A stretch of DNA of 64,000 nucleotides from a virus (Duplodnaviria; Caudoviricetes), in the IMG/VR virus record IMGVR_UViG_3300033475_000009, positions 26,550 to 90,549 of that record. One strand, 5' to 3'. A program made the position numbers and the translations under genes. Positions 1 to 9,898 of this stretch are shown piece by piece. Every line of letters starts with the position of its first letter. Position 1 is the first letter of the stretch. The notes beneath the pieces are model-generated. The model did no database searches. It was not told the DNA's origin and worked only from the letters and a program-made list of their open reading frames with translations.

Positions 1-2
1 CT

Positions 3-1046
3 ACTTTAGAAGATCTAACTGCTTCAGCAGCTTTCTTTACTGAAAGTAATTCTAAAGCTAATGTATCTTCTAATTCAGCTATAGAGAATGAGCAGGGGTT
101 AGTAGTTTTAGCTAATGATACTCAAGCTAGGTCTAATAGCTCACAACCGTCTGATAGATCTATAGTAGTACAACCCTCTCAATTACCTACAGTAGAACAG
201 ATAAATATTACAGGTATACAAGATATGCCTGATAGTCAACTACAAATAGGTACTAGTGGATTAACTAGTACTAGAAATAGATATATAGTAGGAATGAATA
301 CTAGCTGGATTAATTGGTTAATATCAAGAATATTTAAACAAGGAGGAGTATCTGGAGATGTACCTATAAAAAATAGTTCTACTAATTATGACTGGTCTTA
401 TGGTAATGTGGGTAATAATCCTGCTACTATAAGTGCTTTATTAGCTAATACTACTTTCATAAATAATTTAACCACTACTATTATAAATAATAATCCTAGT
501 GCTATCTCTGATGCATTACCTGTAGGTACTACTTTAGATTGGTTAGTAACTACTATGCCTAGCTCTAAGTGGCTAAGAATGGATGGTAGTGCTATTTCAA
601 GAACTACTTATTCAGATTTATTTACTTTGTTAGGTACTACTTATGGAGTAGGAGATGGATCTACTACTTTTAATTTACCTGATTTTAGAGATAGACAATC
701 TACTGGATATTCAGGTACTAAAAGTATTGCAAGTAGTGGTGGAGCAGACTCCCAAGTAATAGGTACTACTAATCTTCCTCCTCACACACATGATGTAGGA
801 TCAATATCTGTAGGTAATCACACCCATACAATAGGTTATAATAATCTTCCATTACTAGATGGAGGTAGTGGTTCTCTAGTACATGTTATGAGTCAAACTG
901 ATGGTGTATTAGCTAGTTATAATACAGGTTTAGCAGGTGCTGGTTCAGCAAGTGGAAATACAGGAGATGGAGGATTTGCTAATACTGCTCTTAGTACTAT
1001 GGATAAATATTTAGCTATAAATAAAATAGTAAAGGTTCTACCTTAA
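3..1046 (+). CDS. Tail/virion protein with C-terminal phage tail-collar domain (5' partial, runs off the window edge)
   Basis: The frame of ORF 225..1046 is open back to base 3 (TLEDLTASAAFF...EQGLVVLAND...QPSQLPTV), so ATG225 is internal. The C-terminal LPVGTTLDW..WLRMDGSAISRTTYSDLFTLLGTTYGVGDGSTTFNLPD is the tail-collar signature. Confidence 0.85.
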   Translation, partial: TLEDLTASAAFFTESNSKANVSSNSAIENEQGLVVLANDTQARSNSSQPSDRSIVVQPSQLPTVEQINITGIQDMPDSQLQIGTSGLTSTRNRYIVGMNTSWINWLISRIFKQGGVSGDVPIKNSSTNYDWSYGNVGNNPATISALLANTTFINNLTTTIINNNPSAISDALPVGTTLDWLVTTMPSSKWLRMDGSAISRTTYSDLFTLLGTTYGVGDGSTTFNLPDFRDRQSTGYSGTKSIASSGGADSQVIGTTNLPPHTHDVGSISVGNHTHTIGYNNLPLLDGGSGSLVHVMSQTDGVLASYNTGLAGAGSASGNTGDGGFANTALSTMDKYLAINKIVKVLP

Positions 1047-4000
1047 ATGATAGATCAAAATAATTCTTTTGAAAAAGGTTTAGTAACAGATGTAAATGCT
1101 GTAAAACAACCTGAAAATTCTTATATGTATGCATTAAATTTTGTAAGACTTTCAGAGAAAGGAGACTATTATTCTTTTACTAATGAAAAAGGTACTGAAA
1201 TCTATTGTGATTTATCTTCTATAAACGGGTATTCAATAATAGGTCAAACAGTATTAGAATCAGATATAATATTATTTTTAGTAAAAAATGATTTAACAAC
1301 TTCTCAAATAGGTATAGTAGATAGTAATGGTACGTATACCACTAAATTAAATGATATTAATAATGAGTTACATTTAGACTTAGATCATCCTATAGATGCA
1401 CAAGGTAGGGTATTAATTAATTCTAATAGAATAGTTTACTTTGTAGATAATAAAAATCCAGCAAGAACTATAGATCTGGATGATGTACCTCCAGTTGGTT
1501 CTATAGATAAATTATCTTCTCTAGTACCTAAATCTAATTTTCCTACTATAGATAATTTTACTGTTAAAGATTCTTCTACATCTTTAACTTGTGGTGCTTA
1601 CCAATTTGCCTTCAGATATCTAGATAGAAAAGGTAATATAACTAATATTAGTTTACCTTCTGCTTTAGTATCTATAGGTCAAAATTCAGTGTCTTCTGGA
1701 GATCAATATGAAGGAGGTTATCCTGATATTATTGCAGCTAAATCTATTTTATTAAATATTAATAATGTAGATACAGATTATTTTAAATTAGAAGTAATAG
1801 CAATTAATTATGCAGGTACTACTAATACTTTAACTGCTAATGTAGCAGCTCAAATAGATATTAATAGCAATACTATTATTTATGAATATAAGGGAGAAAT
1901 ACTGTATAATGTAACTATAGAAGAATTACAAGGTTCTATTACTAATTATAGTACTGCTAAAGCTATACAACAAAAAGATGGTAGATTAATTATTTCTAAT
2001 TTAAAAGAAGATATTAATATAGAAGCTAACCTTCAGACTATAGCTAATAATATTACTCTAAAATACGATATTACTGAAGAACAAATACCTGCGTATAAAT
2101 CTGGTAATCATACAGCTTTAGAAGTAGGATATAAAAGAGGAGAAATTTATTCATTTGCTTTTGGTGTAATATATAAATCAGGTGCTAAATCTTTAGCTTA
2201 TCATATTCCCGCACCTTATAGTACAGGAATACCAGGAAGTATAGTTACTAATGCTAATACAGGAACTAAAGTATTAGGTACTTATCTATCTACTTTAACT
2301 TATCCTACAGGTCAGGGATATCCATTAGGTAATATTAGATACCATGTGATGCCTACTTTTCAACAAGAAGTACCTTATTCTATAGCTGATATTAATAATG
2401 GTACTATAAGAATATTAGGTATAAAAATAGATTTTCCTACTGGTGTAATAGCTGAGTGGGAAGCTATAAAAGACCAGATTCAAGGTATTTATCTAGTAAG
2501 AAGAAGTAGAAATAGTATAGAAAATATGTCTATCTTTTCTCAGGGTATTAGTAATTATCTAATGGATGGGTTTTATATTAATACTGATAGTAATGAAGAT
2601 GAAGTAGCTACTGCTAATAATGGTACATATGATTTTAGAGTATATGGTTTTACAGGAAAATATTTAACTAAAACACCTTTTCTTGGCGGTATAAGTCTTA
2701 AAGGTTATATGCCAGATAAAGATGGAAGTTATGATGGAAGTAGTTCAGGTGGAGATGCCTTACAACCTATTAATCAACCTTTAGCCTATACATATGTAAA
2801 TTCTGATTCAGTACAAGAATCTTTAAATAGTTTACCTGTAAACAATATAAACACTAATAGCTATGGTACAGATAAAACTATAGCTATAGGTCAGTTATAT
2901 AAAAGATTAATGGTATTTTATTCTCCTGAGTCTGAACTATTACCTAAAATAGATGCTGGTACTTTTACTAAAGTCAAAAGAGTAGGACAACTTACTTTTT
3001 CAGATACTTTAAATGTAAGATGGCAGCATTCAGAATATCAAAATGAATCAGGTTCTGGAGATGGAGAATCTGAATTAATAAGACCTCCCCTATATTGGAA
3101 TTATTTTACAAGTACTTCTGTGGATACTTCATTATACTCTAATGATGAGGTACAAATAACTAGAAACTTCTATATACCTAGAAATTCTGTTATACCTTCT
3201 AATTACTCTACTTTAAATATAGTAAATACAGATCAAGAAGAATTCTTATTAATAGAGACTGAAAATAATGATATATTCACTAATAATGAAAATACATTTA
3301 AGAAGTACCAAGTACAAAATGTAGATGAAAGTGGGGGAGCTACTAAAAATGATAAGATAACTACTTTAGATCTTACTAAAAATATATATGAACTAACTAG
3401 TGATAATACTAGTCAGTATGGAGGAGTATCAGGTCAAGAATATATCCTATGTAAATATATAGTATATGATCAAACTACTACTCCTAATTTAGATAATTAT
3501 AATGACACTATTTTCTTTGGTGGAGACACTTATATTACAAGAGTAGCTTTTACTAATAAAACACCTATTAAATCTAAAGCTTATTTCTTTGCTAGTGCTA
3601 ATAATTCATTTAGGTATGCAGAAAATGCTCAAGATAATTCTTTTGGTAAAGAGTATTTAGATTTTAGAAGTGTTATAGAATTTTATGTAGAGACTAGTAA
3701 AAATACAGATCTAAGACATTCCTTAGTAGGAGGTAATGGATTCTATAGATATTCTTCTTTAGAGAATACTCTTATTACAGATCCTAGTTTAGTAGATGAT
3801 GCTAAATCATATAATAACCAGTATGATTTTGAAAATGATGTACAATTGTTCTTTTCAAAATCTGATATAGCTAGTTCTACTAATAGCCACTACAAAACAA
3901 GAACTATATGGTCAGATCAAACTATTCTAGGTGAATTAAGAGACAGATATAGAGATATTAGACCTGATAATTTCTATGATATTCCTTTTAATACAGGAGA

Positions 4001-5102
4001 GATATGGGATACTTTTGTATTTAATAATATATTATACTTACATACACCTAAAACTCTTTGGAGAACTTTCTTTAATGCTATAGAACAAACAGCTTCTACA
4101 GCAGGACAAGTAACATTAGGTACGGGTGGAGTGTTTCCAGTAGATTTACCTCCTCAGCAAGTTATTAATCAAGAAGGTGGATATAGTGGAACTATAAGCC
4201 AGTGGGGTGGGTGTAATACTCCTTTTGGGTATATATTTCCTGATGCTTTACAAGGTAAAATATTTCTATTAAGTGGAGAAGGATTAGCTGAAATATCTAA
4301 TCAAGGAATGCAAAGATTCTTTCAGGATAATTTATCAGTACTTGAAAATAAATATACTAATTATATAGATAATCCTTATAAATACAATAGTAGAGGTATA
4401 CTATCTTGTTATGATTATGAATTAAAAAGATGGGTATTAGTTAAAAATCATGAAGATCCTTTACAAAGGTTTACTATATCTTATGATTTATTAGGTAACC
4501 AATGGAGTAGCTATCATTCTTATAATCCTAATTTATTAGTTGCTAGAGATAATAAACTATTTGGATTAATGAATAATAATTTAACTTATCTATATCAACA
4601 TAATGTAGGAGATTATGGTAAGTTTTATAATAATGATCCTCAAAATTCTATAATCACTTTTATAGTTAATAAAGGATTTAATATTGAAAAAGTATTTGAT
4701 AATATAGTTTTAAGTGCTGGCTCAGATAGTAATACTAAAATACAGGCTTATAGAGGTACAGGAGATACTATAACTATATATAATGATAGACAGCATACAG
4801 GTGTAACTAATTTAGTATGGAATAATACTTATGGCTATACTCCTGCTAGAAATGAATGTAGAGTTCAGATGTTAAGAAATAACTATAACATTAAAGTACC
4901 TCTAAATAGTCTTATATCTGATGCTAATGCTATATTTGATTCTAATGGAAATTTAATTACTGGTAATATAGATCAGAATAAACTGTTTAGAGATAGATTA
5001 AAAGGTAATTATTGTGTAATACAATTTAGTTTTAGTAATCAAGATAATTATAGATTGACTTTAAACCAAATAAGTACTACATTTAGAGAGTATTATAGAT
5101 AA
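1047..5102 (+). CDS. Tail stabilization / muzzle protein (crAss-type, P22 gp10-like)
   Basis: 1351 aa, beta-rich. The N-terminus NSFEKGLVTDVN..QPENSYMYALN, the size and the position just before the ejection/RNAP genes match crAss-like gene order. Confidence 0.75.
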   Translation: MIDQNNSFEKGLVTDVNAVKQPENSYMYALNFVRLSEKGDYYSFTNEKGTEIYCDLSSINGYSIIGQTVLESDIILFLVKNDLTTSQIGIVDSNGTYTTKLNDINNELHLDLDHPIDAQGRVLINSNRIVYFVDNKNPARTIDLDDVPPVGSIDKLSSLVPKSNFPTIDNFTVKDSSTSLTCGAYQFAFRYLDRKGNITNISLPSALVSIGQNSVSSGDQYEGGYPDIIAAKSILLNINNVDTDYFKLEVIAINYAGTTNTLTANVAAQIDINSNTIIYEYKGEILYNVTIEELQGSITNYSTAKAIQQKDGRLIISNLKEDINIEANLQTIANNITLKYDITEEQIPAYKSGNHTALEVGYKRGEIYSFAFGVIYKSGAKSLAYHIPAPYSTGIPGSIVTNANTGTKVLGTYLSTLTYPTGQGYPLGNIRYHVMPTFQQEVPYSIADINNGTIRILGIKIDFPTGVIAEWEAIKDQIQGIYLVRRSRNSIENMSIFSQGISNYLMDGFYINTDSNEDEVATANNGTYDFRVYGFTGKYLTKTPFLGGISLKGYMPDKDGSYDGSSSGGDALQPINQPLAYTYVNSDSVQESLNSLPVNNINTNSYGTDKTIAIGQLYKRLMVFYSPESELLPKIDAGTFTKVKRVGQLTFSDTLNVRWQHSEYQNESGSGDGESELIRPPLYWNYFTSTSVDTSLYSNDEVQITRNFYIPRNSVIPSNYSTLNIVNTDQEEFLLIETENNDIFTNNENTFKKYQVQNVDESGGATKNDKITTLDLTKNIYELTSDNTSQYGGVSGQEYILCKYIVYDQTTTPNLDNYNDTIFFGGDTYITRVAFTNKTPIKSKAYFFASANNSFRYAENAQDNSFGKEYLDFRSVIEFYVETSKNTDLRHSLVGGNGFYRYSSLENTLITDPSLVDDAKSYNNQYDFENDVQLFFSKSDIASSTNSHYKTRTIWSDQTILGELRDRYRDIRPDNFYDIPFNTGEIWDTFVFNNILYLHTPKTLWRTFFNAIEQTASTAGQVTLGTGGVFPVDLPPQQVINQEGGYSGTISQWGGCNTPFGYIFPDALQGKIFLLSGEGLAEISNQGMQRFFQDNLSVLENKYTNYIDNPYKYNSRGILSCYDYELKRWVLVKNHEDPLQRFTISYDLLGNQWSSYHSYNPNLLVARDNKLFGLMNNNLTYLYQHNVGDYGKFYNNDPQNSIITFIVNKGFNIEKVFDNIVLSAGSDSNTKIQAYRGTGDTITIYNDRQHTGVTNLVWNNTYGYTPARNECRVQMLRNNYNIKVPLNSLISDANAIFDSNGNLITGNIDQNKLFRDRLKGNYCVIQFSFSNQDNYRLTLNQISTTFREYYR

Positions 5103-5106
5103 GACT

Positions 5107-7110
5107 ATGAAAAAAGTAAAAAAAATTAAAGTTAAAAGATATGCATCAGGTACTCAATTAGTAAGTAATACTGATCCTACAACTTTATATTCTACCAATA
5201 GACAGAATAGTATTAAAGATACTGAGTTCAATAACTCTCAACAAGCTCAATCTAATCAAGATTTAACTAAGTTAGGTTATAATGATAAATTTAATAGTTC
5301 TTTACAAAATGTAAGTCAGAATACTTCTAGTAGAGCTTCTGCACAAGGAACTATTCAAGGAGTAGCTGGAGCTATTAATCCTTTATATGGAGCTGCCTAT
5401 GGAGTAGCTAGCAAAGTAGGTAATTCTTTTTCTAATAAAGCTAGCCAGAATGAAGTTAATACAGGTAAAGCAGATACTAAAAATAATTTCTTATCTAGTG
5501 TAACTACAGATACAGGCAGTAAATTATTGTCCGCTAAAAGTGGTAATGATGTATTAAATGCTTTTGTTCCTTTCTTAGGAGTAAATAGTACTACAGCAGC
5601 TAAAGATGCTCTTAAAGCTAATTATAATAAGAAAAGACAAGACTATGCTAATGGTCAAATAGCTAATTATGGAGCTATAGATACTACAGTACAGAATACT
5701 CAACTAAAGTCTGGTACTTCTGGTATTCATATAAAACCAGAGAATAAAGGTAAGTTTAATGCGCTTAAAGCTAGAACAGGTAAATCTACAGAAGAACTAA
5801 CTCATTCTAAAAATCCTCTTACTAGAAAAAGAGCTATATTTGCTCAAAATGCAGCTAAGTGGAAACATGAGGATGGCTCTAAAGATATTACCTTAGATAA
5901 TCTTATAAAAATACATGAACTTCCTTATAATCAAATTGAAAAGAAAGAAGGCACTAAGATTGAAAAAGATGAACTTAAGGAATTTAAAAAGTTAAAGAAA
6001 TATGAAACTTCTAAACTAAAGTCAGGTACTAGAATGATAGAAACTGAAGGTAGAGAACCTATATTCTCTCCTAAGAAATCTGATGGAAGTAGAGATCTGT
6101 TATATTATAATCCTAATGCTCCTACACATAAAGAAGGAGGAGTTAAAGCTTTAGTTACTAAAACTAATAAATTTAAAGTAAATGGACTACTAAATATACC
6201 TGAGGGATCAGCTATTGTTACAGCTAATAAAGGTAAGAATAAGGAAGCTATTAATGCTTATAAAAAAGGAGATGTTAGTAAATTAGAAAAAGTAATTAAA
6301 CAAATGCCTTCTGATAAATCTAATAAAAAAGCTGGAGGTACTAGTAATCTATTAGATCCTTCTAATAAATATAATCCTTATGGTAAATTAGATCCTAATC
6401 AATCTAATCCTTCAGATAAATGGGGTAATGTAGCTACACAAGATTTAGACTTTAGTAATTCTAATCAAGTAACTTCTACTACTAATACTAATAATACAGG
6501 CTCTAAGCTAAATAATTATTTATTAGAGGGAGTACAAGCAGCTCCTAGTTTATATAATTTAGGAAGAGGTCTTTATGATAAACCTTATAAGACTAATAGA
6601 AGATATATTAATAATCAATCTTATCAATATCAGGATTTATCAGCCCCTTCAAAAAGAGCAGCTAATGAGGCTTATTTAATGGATTCTCAGAATATTAGAA
6701 ATGCTACAGGAGGTGCAGGTGCTACTTATCTAGCTAACCAAAACTTAGCTTCAGCTAATAGATTTAAGAATCTATCAGATATTAATAATCAGCAAGCTGA
6801 GCTTAGAATGAATATTAATAATACTAATACAGATCTTAGAAATCAACAGAATTCTGCTAACTTAAATCTAGCTAATCAATATGATGATATGGATTTGCAG
6901 AATAGAGCTAGAAAAAATGATTTTATAGGATCAGGTTTAACAGGTCTTTCAGATCTAGCTTACCATAAACAAAGAGATGCTAATATGGTAAATGCTGATA
7001 ATATTAGATTACAAACTCTACAATCTAATAACTATAGATATGATCCTAATAAAGGATATATGTTCAAGTCTAAAAAAGGTATTAAGAATATTAAGACTAA
7101 GAAGAAATAA
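5107..7110 (+). CDS. Virion cargo/ejection protein
   Basis: 667 aa, low-complexity N/Q/A/G-rich. Contains the basic module GIHIKPENKGKF..RKRAIFAQNAAKWKH and an ETEGREPI..APTHKEGGV segment typical of crAss-like cargo proteins. Lies between the muzzle and RNAP genes. Confidence 0.65.
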   Translation: MKKVKKIKVKRYASGTQLVSNTDPTTLYSTNRQNSIKDTEFNNSQQAQSNQDLTKLGYNDKFNSSLQNVSQNTSSRASAQGTIQGVAGAINPLYGAAYGVASKVGNSFSNKASQNEVNTGKADTKNNFLSSVTTDTGSKLLSAKSGNDVLNAFVPFLGVNSTTAAKDALKANYNKKRQDYANGQIANYGAIDTTVQNTQLKSGTSGIHIKPENKGKFNALKARTGKSTEELTHSKNPLTRKRAIFAQNAAKWKHEDGSKDITLDNLIKIHELPYNQIEKKEGTKIEKDELKEFKKLKKYETSKLKSGTRMIETEGREPIFSPKKSDGSRDLLYYNPNAPTHKEGGVKALVTKTNKFKVNGLLNIPEGSAIVTANKGKNKEAINAYKKGDVSKLEKVIKQMPSDKSNKKAGGTSNLLDPSNKYNPYGKLDPNQSNPSDKWGNVATQDLDFSNSNQVTSTTNTNNTGSKLNNYLLEGVQAAPSLYNLGRGLYDKPYKTNRRYINNQSYQYQDLSAPSKRAANEAYLMDSQNIRNATGGAGATYLANQNLASANRFKNLSDINNQQAELRMNINNTNTDLRNQQNSANLNLANQYDDMDLQNRARKNDFIGSGLTGLSDLAYHKQRDANMVNADNIRLQTLQSNNYRYDPNKGYMFKSKKGIKNIKTKKK

Positions 7111-7141
7111 TTTGTCTTTAATATAATTAAAGGTATATTTG
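7111..7141 (+). promoter_or_regulatory. Bacteroidota primary-sigma promoter (-33 TTTG / -7 TAnnTTTG)
   Basis: TTTG at 7111-7114, a 19-nt spacer, then TATATTTG at 7134-7141, directly upstream of the GIY-YIG gene. The spacer holds the palindrome CTTTAAT-ata-ATTAAAG. Confidence 0.7.
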
Positions 7142-7142
7142 T

Positions 7143-7175
7143 AATAGCTAGTAAATCAATAAGTTACTAGCTATT
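7143..7175 (+). promoter_or_regulatory. 12-bp leader hairpin upstream of the homing endonuclease
   Basis: AATAGCTAGTAA (7143-7154), a 9-nt loop, then TTACTAGCTATT (7164-7175): a perfect inverted repeat immediately after the predicted transcription start. Confidence 0.6.
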
Positions 7176-7208
7176 TCTATTATAGATATAATTATAAATA
7201 TTATATAA

Positions 7209-7919
7209 ATGATAATAAGTACATTAGCTGGTAATATAGAAGTAGTTAATAAATATCCTTTTATCTTACCAGAAGATTATAATTTTCATACAAGAATTTA
7301 TTGTAAAGAACCCTGTATATATTTAATTAAATTTCCAAACAATAAAATTTATATAGGTTCTGCTATAGATCTAAGAAAAAGAATAAAATTACACAGACAA
7401 AGTACAGATAAAAATAGTCACTTTAATAAAATGATTATAAGATCAATAAATAAATATGGTATTAAAGATATTGAAATTTATACTCTTGAAGAAAATATAT
7501 CTAGAGAAATACTACTAAGTAGAGAACAATATCATTTAGATTTATATAAACCATATAGTAGAGAAATAGGTTATAATATATGTACTATAGCAGGATCTAG
7601 ATTAGGAACTAAACAATCATTAGAAACTATCGAAAAAAGAAGGAAATCTTTAATTGGTAGGACTTTATCTAAAGAACATAAAGAAAAAATATCAAAGAAT
7701 AGATTAGGTAAAATAGGAAACCTATCTAATAATCCTAGATTAAGACCTATAATTCAGAAAGATTTATTAGGAAATATAGTTGTTGAATATGATTGTATTG
7801 CTGATACTTTTAGAAAACTAAGTAGAAAAAATAATTTATCTTGTATAGGAAATTGTCTAAGAGGTAGAAGTAATACAGCTCTAGGATATAAATGGGAATA
7901 TAAAAATATTATAAAATAA
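7209..7919 (+). CDS. Free-standing GIY-YIG homing endonuclease with NUMOD3/NUMOD1-like DNA-binding repeats
   Basis: CIYLIKFPNNKIYIGSAIDLRKRIKLH, ..SREQYHLD..GYNI, followed by ETIEKRRKS/SKEHKEKIS repeats and a C-terminal CIGNCLRGRSNTALGYKWEY. Confidence 0.9.
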   Translation: MIISTLAGNIEVVNKYPFILPEDYNFHTRIYCKEPCIYLIKFPNNKIYIGSAIDLRKRIKLHRQSTDKNSHFNKMIIRSINKYGIKDIEIYTLEENISREILLSREQYHLDLYKPYSREIGYNICTIAGSRLGTKQSLETIEKRRKSLIGRTLSKEHKEKISKNRLGKIGNLSNNPRLRPIIQKDLLGNIVVEYDCIADTFRKLSRKNNLSCIGNCLRGRSNTALGYKWEYKNIIK

Positions 7920-7920
7920 A

Positions 7921-9885
7921 ATGATTTCTCGCTACGATAATCCTGCACAACAACCAGTATATGACACATATGTACCTATTCCTTATCAGGAATTAGCATA
8001 TGGTCTAAGAAATAAACAGAATGAATATGATGTTCTTAAGAATACTGCTGATCAAGCTGATAATGCTATAGCTGCTTTAAAAGCTCCAAGCTTCATTAGA
8101 ACCTCTACTGATTATTCTCCTACTGGAACTATAGAGAATCCTCAAGCTATGTTACTAAAACAAGCGCAGGAACAGTTTGCACAGCAAAAACAAGATCTAT
8201 TAGAATCAGGTCTAGATTTTACTACTCCTGAAGGTAAACAAAAGATTAGTCAATATGTAAGAAATGCTTCTAACTTCTATAATACTCATGGAAGACAGAT
8301 ACAACAGGATTCACAAAATATAGAACAGCATAATAAAAACTTTGATGAATATCTTAAGAAAGGTGTAGGTTACCAAGGTAATGCTTATTATGCTGATAGT
8401 AATGTAGATAAATTTCTTAATAATGGTGCTGGATTTGAAGTTACTTCTTTAAATCCTTATCAAGAAAGAAATAAGATAGTAGGTGATGCTCTAGATAAAA
8501 TAAAATCTCAGGTTATCACTACTAGGGATAAGAATGGTTTAGTTTCTTTAACTGATAAAGAGACAGGTCAAAGATTAGCTACTATACAGAACGGTAGAAC
8601 TATTTGGGAAGGAGTTAGTAAACAAAGAGTATTAGATGCTTTAAAAGGAGTAGTAGGTACAGAATTAGAAGGAGGTATCCAAAATGAAGCTAAGTCATAC
8701 ATGGAATATTTACTAGGTAAAAACTCTGATAAAGTATATGATGAAAATGGTAAGATAAAAAGAGTAGAATATGAAACTAAAGATTCTAAAGGTAATAAAA
8801 TAAAATTATCCGAAGATGCTGATAAGTATTACTATAATAAAAAATATAGTCAACTTAATAAAGATCTAGAAGATTATGCTTTAAATACATTTGTATCTTC
8901 TAAAGTTAATGATACTCAAACTAATAAATTATTACCAGATGATTATCAATTAGGTAAAGAAAATATAGCTGGAGGTATACCTACAACAGTTACAGGATAT
9001 GCTAATGTAGAACAGAATAGTTCCTCTACTCCAGCTAAAGATGCCTATAATAGTTTTAGAGAAAAAACTAAACAAAATCCTGTAGTTACTCACAACTATG
9101 GAGGAGGCACTGTAGTAGGTGGTTATGATAAAATGCCTTATAAAGAAAAACTAAAAGATTTTAAAAGTACTGTTATTAGTTCTTTTAATGATCCTAATGA
9201 TCGTAAGAAAGCTGAAGTATTACTAAATCAGATAGCTAATGATATGCCTAGAGGTCATCTGGAAACAGATAAAGAAATTATAAACCAAATAGCTGATGAT
9301 TTTGATTCTAGATGGAAAAATGTAAAAGCTGATAAACTAGTAAATTTTGTACCTACTAAAAATACAGCACAGGTAGAAAAAGCATTTACTAACTTTGTTA
9401 AAAATACTGCTGCTGGTTCTATAGTAAGTACTCCTAATGGAGAAGAAACTGACTTTGATCCAGATAGTGATTATACTTTCTCTGGTATTATAGTAGGAGA
9501 TAATGGAGTATCTTTTAATATGAGAAATACTAAGAATCCTAAAGATGTTATTAAAGTATATAATAGAAGTAATATAGGAGCTAATAATATTGGTGTAGCT
9601 AGAAATGATCTTAAGCAGATAGATAATGCAGGTCATGTACAAGATAATCCTTTATTAAGAAATTTAGTATCTGCTGTATATGGAGATAAAGGAAGCAATT
9701 ATACCTATAAGGTAGTAACTGATCCTGATTCTCCTTCATTATCTTCAGTAGTATTATTGAATAGTGATGGTAGAATTATTGAATCTATACCTGATGAAGT
9801 ATTAGATAATCTTACATTAGAATCAGTAGCTGCTAGTATGGGAAGTGTAGGATTAGGAGCAGCTCCTAAACATAAATTAAAATAA
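7921..9885 (+). CDS. Ejection protein adjacent to the virion RNAP
   Basis: N-terminus MISRYDNPAQQPVYDTYVPIPYQEL is typical of the crAss-like protein immediately upstream of the RNAP gene; 654 aa, helical. Confidence 0.65.
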   Translation: MISRYDNPAQQPVYDTYVPIPYQELAYGLRNKQNEYDVLKNTADQADNAIAALKAPSFIRTSTDYSPTGTIENPQAMLLKQAQEQFAQQKQDLLESGLDFTTPEGKQKISQYVRNASNFYNTHGRQIQQDSQNIEQHNKNFDEYLKKGVGYQGNAYYADSNVDKFLNNGAGFEVTSLNPYQERNKIVGDALDKIKSQVITTRDKNGLVSLTDKETGQRLATIQNGRTIWEGVSKQRVLDALKGVVGTELEGGIQNEAKSYMEYLLGKNSDKVYDENGKIKRVEYETKDSKGNKIKLSEDADKYYYNKKYSQLNKDLEDYALNTFVSSKVNDTQTNKLLPDDYQLGKENIAGGIPTTVTGYANVEQNSSSTPAKDAYNSFREKTKQNPVVTHNYGGGTVVGGYDKMPYKEKLKDFKSTVISSFNDPNDRKKAEVLLNQIANDMPRGHLETDKEIINQIADDFDSRWKNVKADKLVNFVPTKNTAQVEKAFTNFVKNTAAGSIVSTPNGEETDFDPDSDYTFSGIIVGDNGVSFNMRNTKNPKDVIKVYNRSNIGANNIGVARNDLKQIDNAGHVQDNPLLRNLVSAVYGDKGSNYTYKVVTDPDSPSLSSVVLLNSDGRIIESIPDEVLDNLTLESVAASMGSVGLGAAPKHKLK

Positions 9886-9898
9886 ATTAACTTTCAAT

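Noticed and set aside
225-1046. ATG225 as the start of a 273-aa protein
   Set aside because: The same frame is open to the window edge; it is the 3' part of a longer gene.
7110-7921. GIY-YIG gene as part of an intron joining the 667-aa and 654-aa genes
   Set aside because: No group I core elements; both flanking genes have natural ends and starts, and the endonuclease has its own promoter.
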